DNA of 64,000 bases. It comes from an uncultured bacterium. GTDB taxonomy: Bacteria; Krumholzibacteriota; Krumholzibacteriia; JACNKJ01. Numbering within the stretch: the first letter of the stretch is position 1; every line of letters begins with the position of its first letter. Shown here piece by piece: positions 54,707-64,000 of the stretch. The stretch spans positions 3,264,001-3,328,000 of the forward strand of contig CAVOFT010000001.1 in NCBI GenBank assembly GCA_963695095.1, in the 5' to 3' direction. A model generated the notes under the pieces. The model saw only the letters and a program-made list of their open reading frames with translations, was not told the origin of the DNA and ran no database searches. The translations under genes were made by a program, and so were the position numbers.

Positions 54707-56194
54707 CTACTTGAACCGGATGCGCGGGTCGATCACCGCGTAGAGGATGTCGCTGAAGATGTTGCCGAAGAGCCTCAGCAGCGAGCTGATCACCAGGATG
54801 CCCAGCACCACCGGATAGTCGCGCTTGATGATGCTGGTGAAGCCGAGCAGGCCGAAGCCCTGGATGTTGAAGACCTTCTCGATCAGATAGCTGCCGGCCA
54901 GGACCAGGCTGAGCAGGTGGCCGAGGCCGGTCGCAATCGGGATCAGGCTGTTGCGCAGGGCGTGCACGAAGATGACGCGCCGCTCCGGCAGGCCCTTGGC
55001 GAAGGCCGTGCGCACGTAGTCCTGGCCCAGGTTCTCGAGCAGGGAGTTCTTCATCACCACGGTGAGCGTGGCGAAGCTGCCCACCATGTAGGCGATCACG
55101 GGCAGAATGGTATGGTGCAGCTGGTCGAGGATCTTCGCGCCGAGGCTGAGCTGCTCCCAGCCGGCGCTGCGGAATTCGCCCAGCGGAAAGACGTTCCAGA
55201 AGCTGCCGCCGCCGAAGAGCACGAGCAGCACGGCGCCCAGGGCCCAGCCCGGAATCGAGTAGCCGAGAAAGACGATGGCGCTGCTCGCCATGTCGAAGCG
55301 GCTGGTGTGCTTGATCGCCTTGGCCACGCCCAGGGGCACGCAGACCAGGTAGCTGAGCATGAAGCCGATCAGTCCGAAGTAGATGGACACCGGAAAGCGC
55401 TTCTTGATCACATGCGCCACCGGCTCGGCGTAGACGTAGCTCTTGCCCATATCTCCCGTGAGCAGCCCACTGAAGCGCGTCCAGGCCACGGTGAGCTGGG
55501 GCTCGGCGCTCTCCGCGTCCGGCGGCTTGACCTCGGTGATCCGCCAGCGCTTGGTCACCGCCTCCTTGTCCAGTTCGAGCTGCCAGTTGCCGGCGGGCCC
55601 GCGGACGGCGCGCGCGCGCACGAGGCCGGGCAGCTCGGTCCACTCGCCGGCGGCCAGGGCCGTGCTGTCCTCCATGTTGCGCACCCAGGTGCCCGCGAAC
55701 TTGAGCCAGGCGACCACCACCGTCGAATCCGTCTCGCCGGCCGCGGGCGCACGGACTTCGGCGATCTGCCAGCGCTCGCTGAGCTCCGCCAGGTCCCACT
55801 CGAGGCGGTACTCGCTCGCGCCCTCGGCCACGGGCAGGGCGCGCGCCTTGATGCCCCGCTCGATCTGCTCCCACTTGCCGGGGGTGAGCGTGGCGCCATC
55901 CATTTCGCGGGGCCAGAGGCCCAGCCAGCGCAGGTAGCGAATGTGCACCGGCTTGTCGAAGCCGTAGAAGCGGCGCATCTCGGCCAGCGCGTCAGGCGGA
56001 ATCTCGATGCCGCCCATGGCGTCCGCGCTCGCGCCGGCCGTCTCGCCGCCCATCATCATCCCCGCCTGGAGCCTGAGCAGCTCCTGCTCGAGCGGCCCAC
56101 CGGGCACGAGCTGCATGATCACGAAGACCAGCAGCGTGATCCCCAGGAAGGTGGGCACCACGAGCAGGAAGCGGCGGATGAAGTAGCTGGTCAT
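54707..56194 (-). CDS. Peptide ABC permease (YejB/OppB-like) with enlarged periplasmic loop
   Basis: YFIRRFLL..PT, PGGPLE, DYVRTAFAKGL, HALRNSLIP and DPRIRF. Confidence 0.92.
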   Translation of the reverse strand: MTSYFIRRFLLVVPTFLGITLLVFVIMQLVPGGPLEQELLRLQAGMMMGGETAGASADAMGGIEIPPDALAEMRRFYGFDKPVHIRYLRWLGLWPREMDGATLTPGKWEQIERGIKARALPVAEGASEYRLEWDLAELSERWQIAEVRAPAAGETDSTVVVAWLKFAGTWVRNMEDSTALAAGEWTELPGLVRARAVRGPAGNWQLELDKEAVTKRWRITEVKPPDAESAEPQLTVAWTRFSGLLTGDMGKSYVYAEPVAHVIKKRFPVSIYFGLIGFMLSYLVCVPLGVAKAIKHTSRFDMASSAIVFLGYSIPGWALGAVLLVLFGGGSFWNVFPLGEFRSAGWEQLSLGAKILDQLHHTILPVIAYMVGSFATLTVVMKNSLLENLGQDYVRTAFAKGLPERRVIFVHALRNSLIPIATGLGHLLSLVLAGSYLIEKVFNIQGFGLLGFTSIIKRDYPVVLGILVISSLLRLFGNIFSDILYAVIDPRIRFK

Positions 56195-56209
56195 GCGGCG
56201 CCGGATCCC

Positions 56210-58118
56210 CTAGCGCTTGCCGAGCTTGCGCGGCCAGTAGGTGTCCTCGACCTCGCCCGCGGGCAGGCGCTTGCCGGGGTCGGCGATCGCCGCGCGCATC
56301 GCCGTGTCCCGCGCCGGATCGAGGTACCAGTAGGTCTGGATGGCCAGGTAGTCGCCGGTGCGCCCGATGTAGCCTTCCGGATAGCCGAACTTGTTCCAGA
56401 AGACGAGGCGCTGGAAGGGGCCGTACCAGGCCAGCGCGTAGGGGCAGATCTCCGACAGGCGGCGGTCGATCTTCTGGATCAAGGCCTCGCGCTTGGCCTG
56501 GTCGTACTCGTGGTCGTAGATCAGGGCCAGCGAGTCGATGAAGGCGTCCTTGACGCCGGTGATGTTGGTCGAGGGCGTCTGGTCCGCCACGCTCGAGTGG
56601 AAGGTGCTGTTCGGGTTGGGCCAGAACAGCCCGCCCCAGCTCTGGAAGGCGAGCTTGAAGTTGTGCTCCATGTTGTTCTGGAACTGCGTGGTGGCCGTCA
56701 GCTGCTTGAGGTTGAGCTTGATGCCCGCCTTCTGCAGGTCCTCCTGCAGCACCGTGTGGATGCGCTCCCAGCTCGGGCTGTCGAAGGTGAGCGTGAGCTC
56801 GATGATGCGGCCCTTGCCGTCCTGCCAGCCAGCCCTCGGCGTTGCGCTTCTTGTAGCCGGCCGCGGCGAGCAGCTGCTTGGCCCGCTCGGGGTCGTACTC
56901 GTACTTCACGTTGTTCGGGTTCTCGTACACGCTGGCCGGGAAGTAGGTGTAGAGCTTCTCGTACTCGTTGAAGAAGAGCTTGTCGATGAGCTTGTCGCGG
57001 TCGTAGAGGTGGGCGAAGGCCTCGCGCACGCGGCTGTCGTCGAAGGGCCACTCGCGCATGTTGAAGGCCAGGCCCGCCACGCCCTGCACGTTCTCGTTGT
57101 AGATCTTCCGCTTCAGGCAGATGCCGCGCTCGATCTCGTCGTAGTTGAACTCGTTCACCCACCAGCTCGCGCGGCTGACCGGATAGACGTCCAGCTCGCC
57201 CTTCTTGAACTTCTCGAGCCAGAGCCGCTCGTCCATGATGACGAGCCACTCGATCTCGTCGAAGTTGTAGAGGCCGACGTTCTCGGGCAGCTTCGCTCCC
57301 CACCAGTCCGGCCGCCGCGTGAGCCGGAGGCTGCGGCCGTTGTCGATGTTCGCCGTCTCCAGCGCGTAGGGGCCGGTGCCGGGCAGGGGCGTGTACTGGA
57401 GCTTCTCGAGGTACTCGCCTCCGGTCATCCCCCCGATGACGTGGGCCGGCAGCACGCGCATCGAGATGCCGAAGTAGAGGAAGTGCCGCCAGTTCTCCTC
57501 CGTGGTCGTGACGTGGAAGAGATAGGGGCTCTCCGCCACCGGCTCCGTGAACTTGCCGTAGAGGATGTTCGTGTAGGGCATCAGGATGCCCTCGTCGTTG
57601 AGCAGGCGCCAGGTGGCGACGACGTCGTCGGCGGTGACGGGCGCGCCGTCGGACCAGCGCGCGGCCGGATTGAGGCGGAAGCTGAAGGTCATCTTGTCGG
57701 CGGAGAGCTTCCAGTGCGTGGCCAGCACGGGCACGATCTCGAGCGTGTTGCCGTCGAGCGTGAGCAGGTTCTCGTAGAGCAGGCCCGCCACGGCGCTGAT
57801 GAAGACGTTGTTGGAGTCCTTGCCCACGGTGCGCAGGGTGGCCGGGAACTCCTGCATCGCCATGCGCAGGCGGCCGCCCTTGACGGCCGCGGGGTTGCCG
57901 CTCACCGTGGCCTTGGCCGTCTGCCAGCCGGCCTCGGGATGCGCCGTCGCCCAGGCATCGAAGCCGGGACCGCCGAGCTCGGCCGGCACGCCGGGCACCC
58001 CGGGCGTGACCGCGGCGGCGCTGTCGCTCACCGTCGCTTCGCGCTCCGAGCGGCGGCCGCAGCCGGCGGTCGCCAGCAGGGCGGGGATCAGGACCAGGGC
58101 GAGCAGTCGCAGCTTCAT
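56210..58118 (-). CDS. ABC family-5 substrate-binding lipoprotein (YejA-like; frameshift near 56825)
   Basis: Lipobox TAGC; AVKGG, ARWSDG.PVTADDV, GTGPY, F.D.RVREA. Confidence 0.9.
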
Positions 58119-58234
58119 CGATGCGGAACCTCCTGCTAGGATGGCAGTGCCTGAATCTACGGGAAGCGCGGGGACAGGTCAAATGGACCAGAGGGCCGAG
58201 TGCAGGCCCTACGCGCGGCCCCCGGGAGGAGACC

Positions 58235-58868
58235 ATGGATTTCGCCCACGCGCGGCGGCGGATGGTGGACGAACAGCTCATCCGGCGCGGCCTCGCGGAC
58301 CCCCGCGTGCTGGCCGCCATGGCCGAGCTGCCCCGCCACGCCTTCGTCCCCGCCGACTGGCAGGACCAGGCCTACGCGGACAGCCCCCTGCCCCTGGGCC
58401 CCGAGCAGACGATCAGCCAGCCCTACATCGTGGGCCTGATGCTGGAGAAGGCCGAGCTGGCGGCGGGTGAGCGCGTGCTGGAAGTGGGCACGGGCTCCGG
58501 CTACCAGGCCGCCCTGCTGGCCGAACTCGGCGCCGAAACCTACAGCATCGAGCTGGATCCGGCCCTGGCCGCGCGCGCCGCGCGGGCCCTCGCCGCGGCG
58601 GGCTACCCGGACGTCCACCTGCGCGTCGGCGACGGCCGCGCCGGCTGGCCCGAGGCCGCGCCCTTCGCCGCCATCCTGGTCAGCGCCGCGGCCGGCGCGG
58701 TGCCGCCCGCGCTCGTCGATCAGCTGGCCGAGGGTGGCCGCCTGCTCATCCCCATCGGGCCGCGCGTCGAGGAGCGAGGAGCCACAGGAGCTGCTGCGCA
58801 TCCGCAAGCTGGAGGGCCGGGCGCACACGGAGCGGCTCCTGGCCGTGCGCTTCGTGCCCCTGCGCTGA
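58235..58868 (+). CDS. pcm: Protein-L-isoaspartate O-methyltransferase (frameshift near 58775)
   Basis: QTISQPY, VLEVGTGSGYQAA, GW.EAAPF; VRFVPL in the +1 frame. Confidence 0.92.
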
Positions 58869-58892
58869 GCCCGCGCCGGCAGCCGCAGGGGC

Positions 58893-58921
58893 TTGACCGC
58901 TTCGCTATCGCGGAATATCTT
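58893..58921 (+). promoter_or_regulatory. Sigma70-type promoter for the microprotein/heme oxygenase unit
   Basis: TTGACC-17 bp-TATCTT. Confidence 0.55.
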
Positions 58922-58974
58922 GGCCATTCTTGCGCACCTGGGGCCCCTGGGCTCCGCCGGCAGGGAGGCCACCG

Positions 58975-59124
58975 ATGGCAGAGCCCGGTAGCAAGCGGGC
59001 AGGAGGGAAGCGCCGCTGGGTCGGCAGGCTCGGCGCCGCCGCCTTCCTCTTCTTCCTCATCAAGGGCCTGCTCTGGCTGCTGCTGCCCCTGGCCATCATG
59101 TTCTGGGGATACCTGGGCTTCTAA
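58975..59124 (+). CDS. 49-aa membrane microprotein (FLFFLIKGLLWL)
   Basis: GGGAGG RBS; basic N-terminus followed by a hydrophobic segment. Confidence 0.75.
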   Translation: MAEPGSKRAGGKRRWVGRLGAAAFLFFLIKGLLWLLLPLAIMFWGYLGF

Positions 59125-59135
59125 GGGAGATCGCG

Positions 59136-59755
59136 ATGACCGACGCCACCGTCATGACCCGCCTGCGCGAGGAGACGCGCGACCTGCACGCCAGCGCCGA
59201 GGGCAAGGCCTTCCAGCGCCGCATGCTGAGCGGCGAACTCAGCCGGGACGAGTATGTCGACTGGCTGGGGCAGATGCTGCTGGTCCACCGCGCGCTGGAG
59301 GCGCCCCTGCGCCGGCTCTGGGCCAGCGACCCCGCCTTCGCGCCCCTGCGCGAGGAGCAGTTCCAGGAGCCCTACCTGCTCGCCGACCTCGCCATCCTGG
59401 ACGACGATCCCGCCGGCCACGCGCCCCTGCCCGCCACGGCGGCCCTGATCGCGGAGATCGAGCGCGCCGCCGCGCGAGACGCCGCTCGCCTTGCTCGGCT
59501 TCCACTACGTGCTCGAGGGAAGCAACAACGGCAACCGCTTCATCGCCCGCCGGCTCGTGCCCGCGCTCGGCCTCGCGCCCGGCGCAGGGCGACCGCTACC
59601 TCGACCCCTATGGCGAGGCGCAGCCCGCGCTCTGGGCGCGCTTCAAGCAGGACATGGAGGCGGTCGGCTTCGCGGGCCCGCAGGCGGATCTGCTCGTGGC
59701 CGCCGCGCGGCGCATGTTCGCGGGCATCGCCGCCATCAGCGACGAACTCGCCTAG
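59136..59755 (+). CDS. Biliverdin-producing heme oxygenase (two frameshifts, ~59475 and ~59585)
   Basis: LREETRDLH..AE proximal His; YVLEGS.NG; W.RFK; A.RMF. Confidence 0.85.
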
Positions 59756-59770
59756 CGACCGCCGCGCGCC

Positions 59771-61399
59771 TTACTTGACCAGAAGCATGGGTCTGGCGGT
59801 CGCGCCGGCTGGAGTTCCCAAGCGATAGAAATAGACGCCCGAAGGCGCGGGCTGGCCTACCGCGTCGAGGCCATCCCAGCGCAGCTCGTGGCGGCCAACG
59901 GGGTAGCTCGCCTCGGCGGCCAGCGTGCAGATCAGGCGACCGCTCACATCGAAGACGGCCAGGGTGATCGCCATCGGCTCGCCCAGGACGAAGGGAATCG
60001 CGGTACTCGGGTTGAAGGGATTGGGGTAGTTGGCCTCTAGCGTGACGCCGCGCGGCGCCGGCGCGCCGACAGCGGTCAGCGTGCACTCGGCGCCATGGTT
60101 GCCCATGAGCACGCCGCAGGCGTTGTTCTGAGGCAGGCAGGGCGAGCTGTCGGCCAAGCCAAGCGTCTCGTAGCTCGGATCGCAGAGCTGCGGGTCGACA
60201 GAGACATTGCCGTTTACACCCGTCTGATCGGCATTCTCGTACTCCCCAAACTCATTGCCGTAGATGTTTGAGCAGACCGGCCATAGCCAGCTTCCGCCCA
60301 CTGGATCGTCGCTGATGCCGTAGCCGCCATTGTTGAAGGCAATCAGGCAGTTTTCAACATCGGCGGCATTGATGCCACAGCAGCCGGCGCCGATGCCGTC
60401 GCCATGGTTATTGCCCACGATCGTCAGGTTGCGAAGCACCGGAAACGCGTCGTTCATCAACTGGATGATGCCGCCATAGGCGCTGTTGTTGCCGCGGAAG
60501 TCGCAGTTCTCGACCAGCCCGCCGGAAGGATTGCCCTGGGAGTCATAGTAGAGCGCCGCACCCCAGCGCGAGGCATAGTTGCCAACGAAGACACACTCTT
60601 GGGCTGCAAGTGTAGAGCCACGCATCGACACAGCAGCACCATCGCGCGCATCGTTTCCCGAGAAGACGCAGTTCAGCAGAGAAACCTCTGACCCGTTGGC
60701 CATGAGGCCGCCACCCGAGATGCCGGCATGATTTCCAATGAAGTGCACGCCCTCCATGCTGACCTGACTGTAGTAGACATGGATGCCGCCACCGTAGCCG
60801 TTCGATGAGTTGTTGGCCAGGATGCAGTTCCGGATCGACGTCGACGTCGCCCAGTAGAGGCCGATGCCACCCGCCGGACCCCCGATGAGGCAGCTCTCGA
60901 TGATGACGCCTTCGATGTCCGCCGAGCCGCTGACGATATCGATTCCCCCCACCGAGTTCGCTCCGGCACCTGCAATACGCACATCCCTGACCGTTAGCCC
61001 CGAGTCCTCGCACCGGATCCCGCCTCCGTTGATTTCGCTGTTCCCCCCATTGACAATCCGGAAGCCGCGAAAGAGTGCTGCGGTCGTCTCCCCAGAAGTA
61101 AGAGTGAGGGCCCGGCCTATATGTTGGCAGTCGATGGATGTGTAGGCTGCTCCATCCCGTCCGACCAGCGCAAGGTCCTTTCCCCCGAAGTCCAACTCGC
61201 GGTTCCCCGGCCCAGCGAAGGTGCCCGGCAGAGCTAGGACGGTATCTCCTGGGGCGGCAGCGTCGATCGCGGCCTGCAGTGTTGGATAGCTCCCGAACCC
61301 ATCCGGGCGCACCTCTAGAGTCGCGGCCTGGATGCCCGAGAAAATCGTTGCGAGTGTCACACCCAGGCTACAGACCAAGAAGATCGACAACTTGCGCAT
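59771..61399 (-). CDS. Right-handed beta-helix repeat protein with FlgD-Ig/T9SS-like C-terminal domain
   Basis: YPTLQAAIDAA..GD; repeated F.GN.A..GG; NYPNPFNPST...WDG.D..G..SGVY. Confidence 0.9.
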   Translation of the reverse strand: MRKLSIFLVCSLGVTLATIFSGIQAATLEVRPDGFGSYPTLQAAIDAAAPGDTVLALPGTFAGPGNRELDFGGKDLALVGRDGAAYTSIDCQHIGRALTLTSGETTAALFRGFRIVNGGNSEINGGGIRCEDSGLTVRDVRIAGAGANSVGGIDIVSGSADIEGVIIESCLIGGPAGGIGLYWATSTSIRNCILANNSSNGYGGGIHVYYSQVSMEGVHFIGNHAGISGGGLMANGSEVSLLNCVFSGNDARDGAAVSMRGSTLAAQECVFVGNYASRWGAALYYDSQGNPSGGLVENCDFRGNNSAYGGIIQLMNDAFPVLRNLTIVGNNHGDGIGAGCCGINAADVENCLIAFNNGGYGISDDPVGGSWLWPVCSNIYGNEFGEYENADQTGVNGNVSVDPQLCDPSYETLGLADSSPCLPQNNACGVLMGNHGAECTLTAVGAPAPRGVTLEANYPNPFNPSTAIPFVLGEPMAITLAVFDVSGRLICTLAAEASYPVGRHELRWDGLDAVGQPAPSGVYFYRLGTPAGATARPMLLVK

Positions 61400-61552
61400 T
61401 CTACCCGCCTTCGGAGTCGCGGCCGATTAGAGTGTACACTATGGCAATCCCAGTGACAAGCCTTGGCAGAAATCCGCCATTGAAAAAAAAATCCGCAGCC
61501 TCCTATAACCTGCTCGGGGCCCCAAGGACGGGGCACAATGAGGAGGTGTGCG

Positions 61553-64000
61553 ATGCTCAGCAGAAGCGTTTACGGTGGGCTGCTTGCCGCCGCGCTGGCT
61601 ATTTTCTTGGGCGCCCGCCCTGGAATGGCCATCACGGATTGCCTGCTGCCGACCTACGGAGATGCCTACCAGTTCGACCGCGAAGGGTACTCGGAGGTGC
61701 CGGATTCGGTGCTGCCCGCCGCTTTCAACGCGGTCTTCGACCTCCACGTCTACTGGGACTGGGGAACGGAGGAGTGGTGGCCGGACGAGGAGGTCATCGC
61801 CTTCGCGAACCTGGTGATGCCGGATTCCACGGGGGCGACGACGCCTGCCGGCTCCTATGCCCACCGGACGGCGGAGATGTTCGGCGCGGACAAGAACGAC
61901 CTCTATGCGGCAATCCACTTCGAGTACACCTGGAGCGGGAGCGCCCACGATCACGGCCACTTCGACATCTTCATTCGCAATGGCGGGGGCTCCTACGCCA
62001 CGTACAGCGACGGTCATTCTGGGGCTGCAGAGCGATGAGCTGACCGCCGATCAGGTGGCGAGCGACCATTTCGCCCACGAATGGGGCCACACCTGCTACT
62101 ACTCGACCGGCGCCAGCGGCACCAATGGCTGCCCGAGCTTCGGCGAGGAGTGGGTTTCGGGCAGCTCCTGGGACCACGGCACGCACGAGTTCATGGCCAA
62201 GAGCTCGGAGTACTTCAACGGCATGGTCGCCGAGGATTGGTACGGCACCTTCTGGGAGCAGCCCTTCACCGTCGGCATCGGGCGCGAGGACTGGTACGAG
62301 ACCTGTCAGAAGGTCCCCGGGGGCGGGCATGCCAACGGCTCGGACCGCCGCTGGATCTACTTTCCTTTCAGCGCCTACCTGCAAGATCACTTCAACGACG
62401 AGGGCCTGCTCTACGACTGGATCCACTGGGACGAGACCTGCACGGATTCCTCCAACGTCGGCCCTCACGATTTCGACTACCTGGCCTACCACCTTGGCTT
62501 TGAGACATACGGCAACAGCTTCTCAGAGACCACCGGCGACGCCCGTCTCCGCGAGCTGTTCTGCGAGTATGCCCTATCGATGTGGGTGAACGCGGATCAT
62601 CTCATCGACGACAACCCGGAGGCCTCCGTGCACATGCCGCTGCACGCAGGTGCTTCGCCGCGGGATAACTTCGGCTTCTACAAGCTCAAGGACGACGGCT
62701 ACTGCCAGGACGATGCGCTGAGCCAGCCGTACTACGTCGACGTCGACGAGGACCTGACCGTCGTCGACAGTGCGCTCTACGGCTCGGACTTCGGCTGCCC
62801 GTATCAGGACCTCTTCAACTTCCGCCGCGAGCTGACCTTCGACAGCTACGCCTTCAGCATTCTGCCTTTCCGAGCCGCCGAGGCCGTGCAGGCATCGGGT
62901 CGCTGCTATGACCTCGAGGTTCGCGTAGTGCTCGAGGACAGCGTCGAGTGCTTCAACCCGGGCGAGTATCGCGAGTGGGACGAAGCCGACAACGACTACC
63001 TCCACTTCTGGGTGCTCGGCTATCCGGAGCACACGGACAGCCTGGACATCTACGGCGACGAGGCCGTGCTGGTGGACGAGGTCGCCTACAACGACAACTT
63101 CGCTGCCGGGGACACGCTGGCTTTCACGGTGCCCTGCTTCGGTAGCGCTTTCAAGGCCGTCGCACTCGTTGCATCGCTCACCGAGGTGACCGCATCCGGG
63201 GGCAAGGCCGTTGCCCATGTGATTCCGTACACCTATTCCTGCTGGGCCGAGGACAAGACCGGCGACCTGACGATCAGCTCGAACACGACCTGGGAGGTCG
63301 AGGACGGCCCTTACTGCCTGGGCGGCTTGCTGACGGTGGACGGAAGCGCGACGCTGTCGATAGATCCTGGCACCTGGATCTGGTGCGCGGATCCGGATTC
63401 GAGCGGCGTCGACGAGGTCGGCTTCGCCGTCGAAGGCCGGCTTGCGTTCAACGGCGACACCGAGGATGGCCAGGTCAATGTGGTGCCCATCCTCGATGGC
63501 TGGGATGCCATCGAGATTGCCGATGACGGCGTCCTCGAGGCCAGCTTCCTCTCGGTCAGCGGCCTCAGCGGGCTGACCTGCAAGTACACCGCGGCGAAGA
63601 TCGATCTATCGGACTGCACGATCACCCTGGGCCCCGATGCCGCCGCCACGGGCCTCGACTTCAGCGCGGCAGATACGGTGAGCATCGTCGACTGCAAGAT
63701 CCACGACGCCTCCACGGTCGTCTTGAGTGACAACGACGAGATGACGGGGTGCGAGTTGCACCAGCGCGCAGGCAGCACATGGACCGCCATCCAGATCGAC
63801 GGCGATGCTTTGCTCGATGATGTCCTCGTCTACGCCGCGCGCACGGCGATCAAGTGTCTGAGCGGAGAGGCCACGATCACGAATGTCAGCGCCAGCAGCG
63901 CGACCACCTTGAGCTGCGCCAGTTCGCCGACCTACGGCCTCGTGGTCGAGAGCGGCGCGGATGCGGACCTCGCCAACTGCACCTTCGACGCCTTCTGCAC
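61553..64000 (+). CDS. Large secreted HExxH metallopeptidase-like protein with beta-helix region (frameshift near 62010; 3'-truncated)
   Basis: AGGAGG RBS and signal peptide; shifted frame is open to the window end with AHEWGH at 62073-62090 and later TL.I.PG. Confidence 0.78.

Noticed and set aside
58121..59755. Pcm-heme oxygenase fusion ORF (544 aa)
   Set aside because: Produced by frameshifts; separate promoter, RBSs and an intervening small gene are present
62036..62038. TGA as possible selenocysteine or readthrough
   Set aside because: Coding signal moves to another frame before the TGA; an indel explains it

Overview
High-GC bacterial chromosomal window with about 52 real genes; most long ORFs in the track are antisense or off-frame shadows. 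Repeated FlgD-Ig/T9SS-like C-terminal domains and 'W-x-x-[IV]-K-x-L-Y' C-termini suggest an FCB-superphylum candidate lineage such as Krumholzibacteriota, Latescibacterota or Eisenbacteria (inference only). Content in order: 3' end of a PNAG-type (pgaC / pgaA-like / deacetylase) operon, DAACS symporter, large lipoprotein, two PQQ sugar-dehydrogenase paralogues, two-component system with a divergent lipoprotein, XRE operon, GNAT/M20/HAD/FAD enzymes, Cys/Met PLP lyase plus NifU, Ig-repeat protein, MsbA-like exporter, thioredoxin, MoxR-Bat operon with two gene fusions, chemoreceptor-like protein, MFS, NmrA, RluA, MltB, propeller-amidohydrolase, BNR protein, Yej/Opp peptide ABC system, pcm, microprotein plus heme oxygenase, beta-helix protein, and a large HExxH protein missing from the ORF track. 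After ~38.6 kb many genes carry single-base insertions, most likely sequencing error. No rRNA, tRNA, CRISPR, integrase or transposase was seen. I did not find one clearly new system; the best leads are the short C-terminal sorting motif, the fused Bat operon, two microproteins and a degenerate attC-like element. All calls come from reading motifs by eye; no searches were run.
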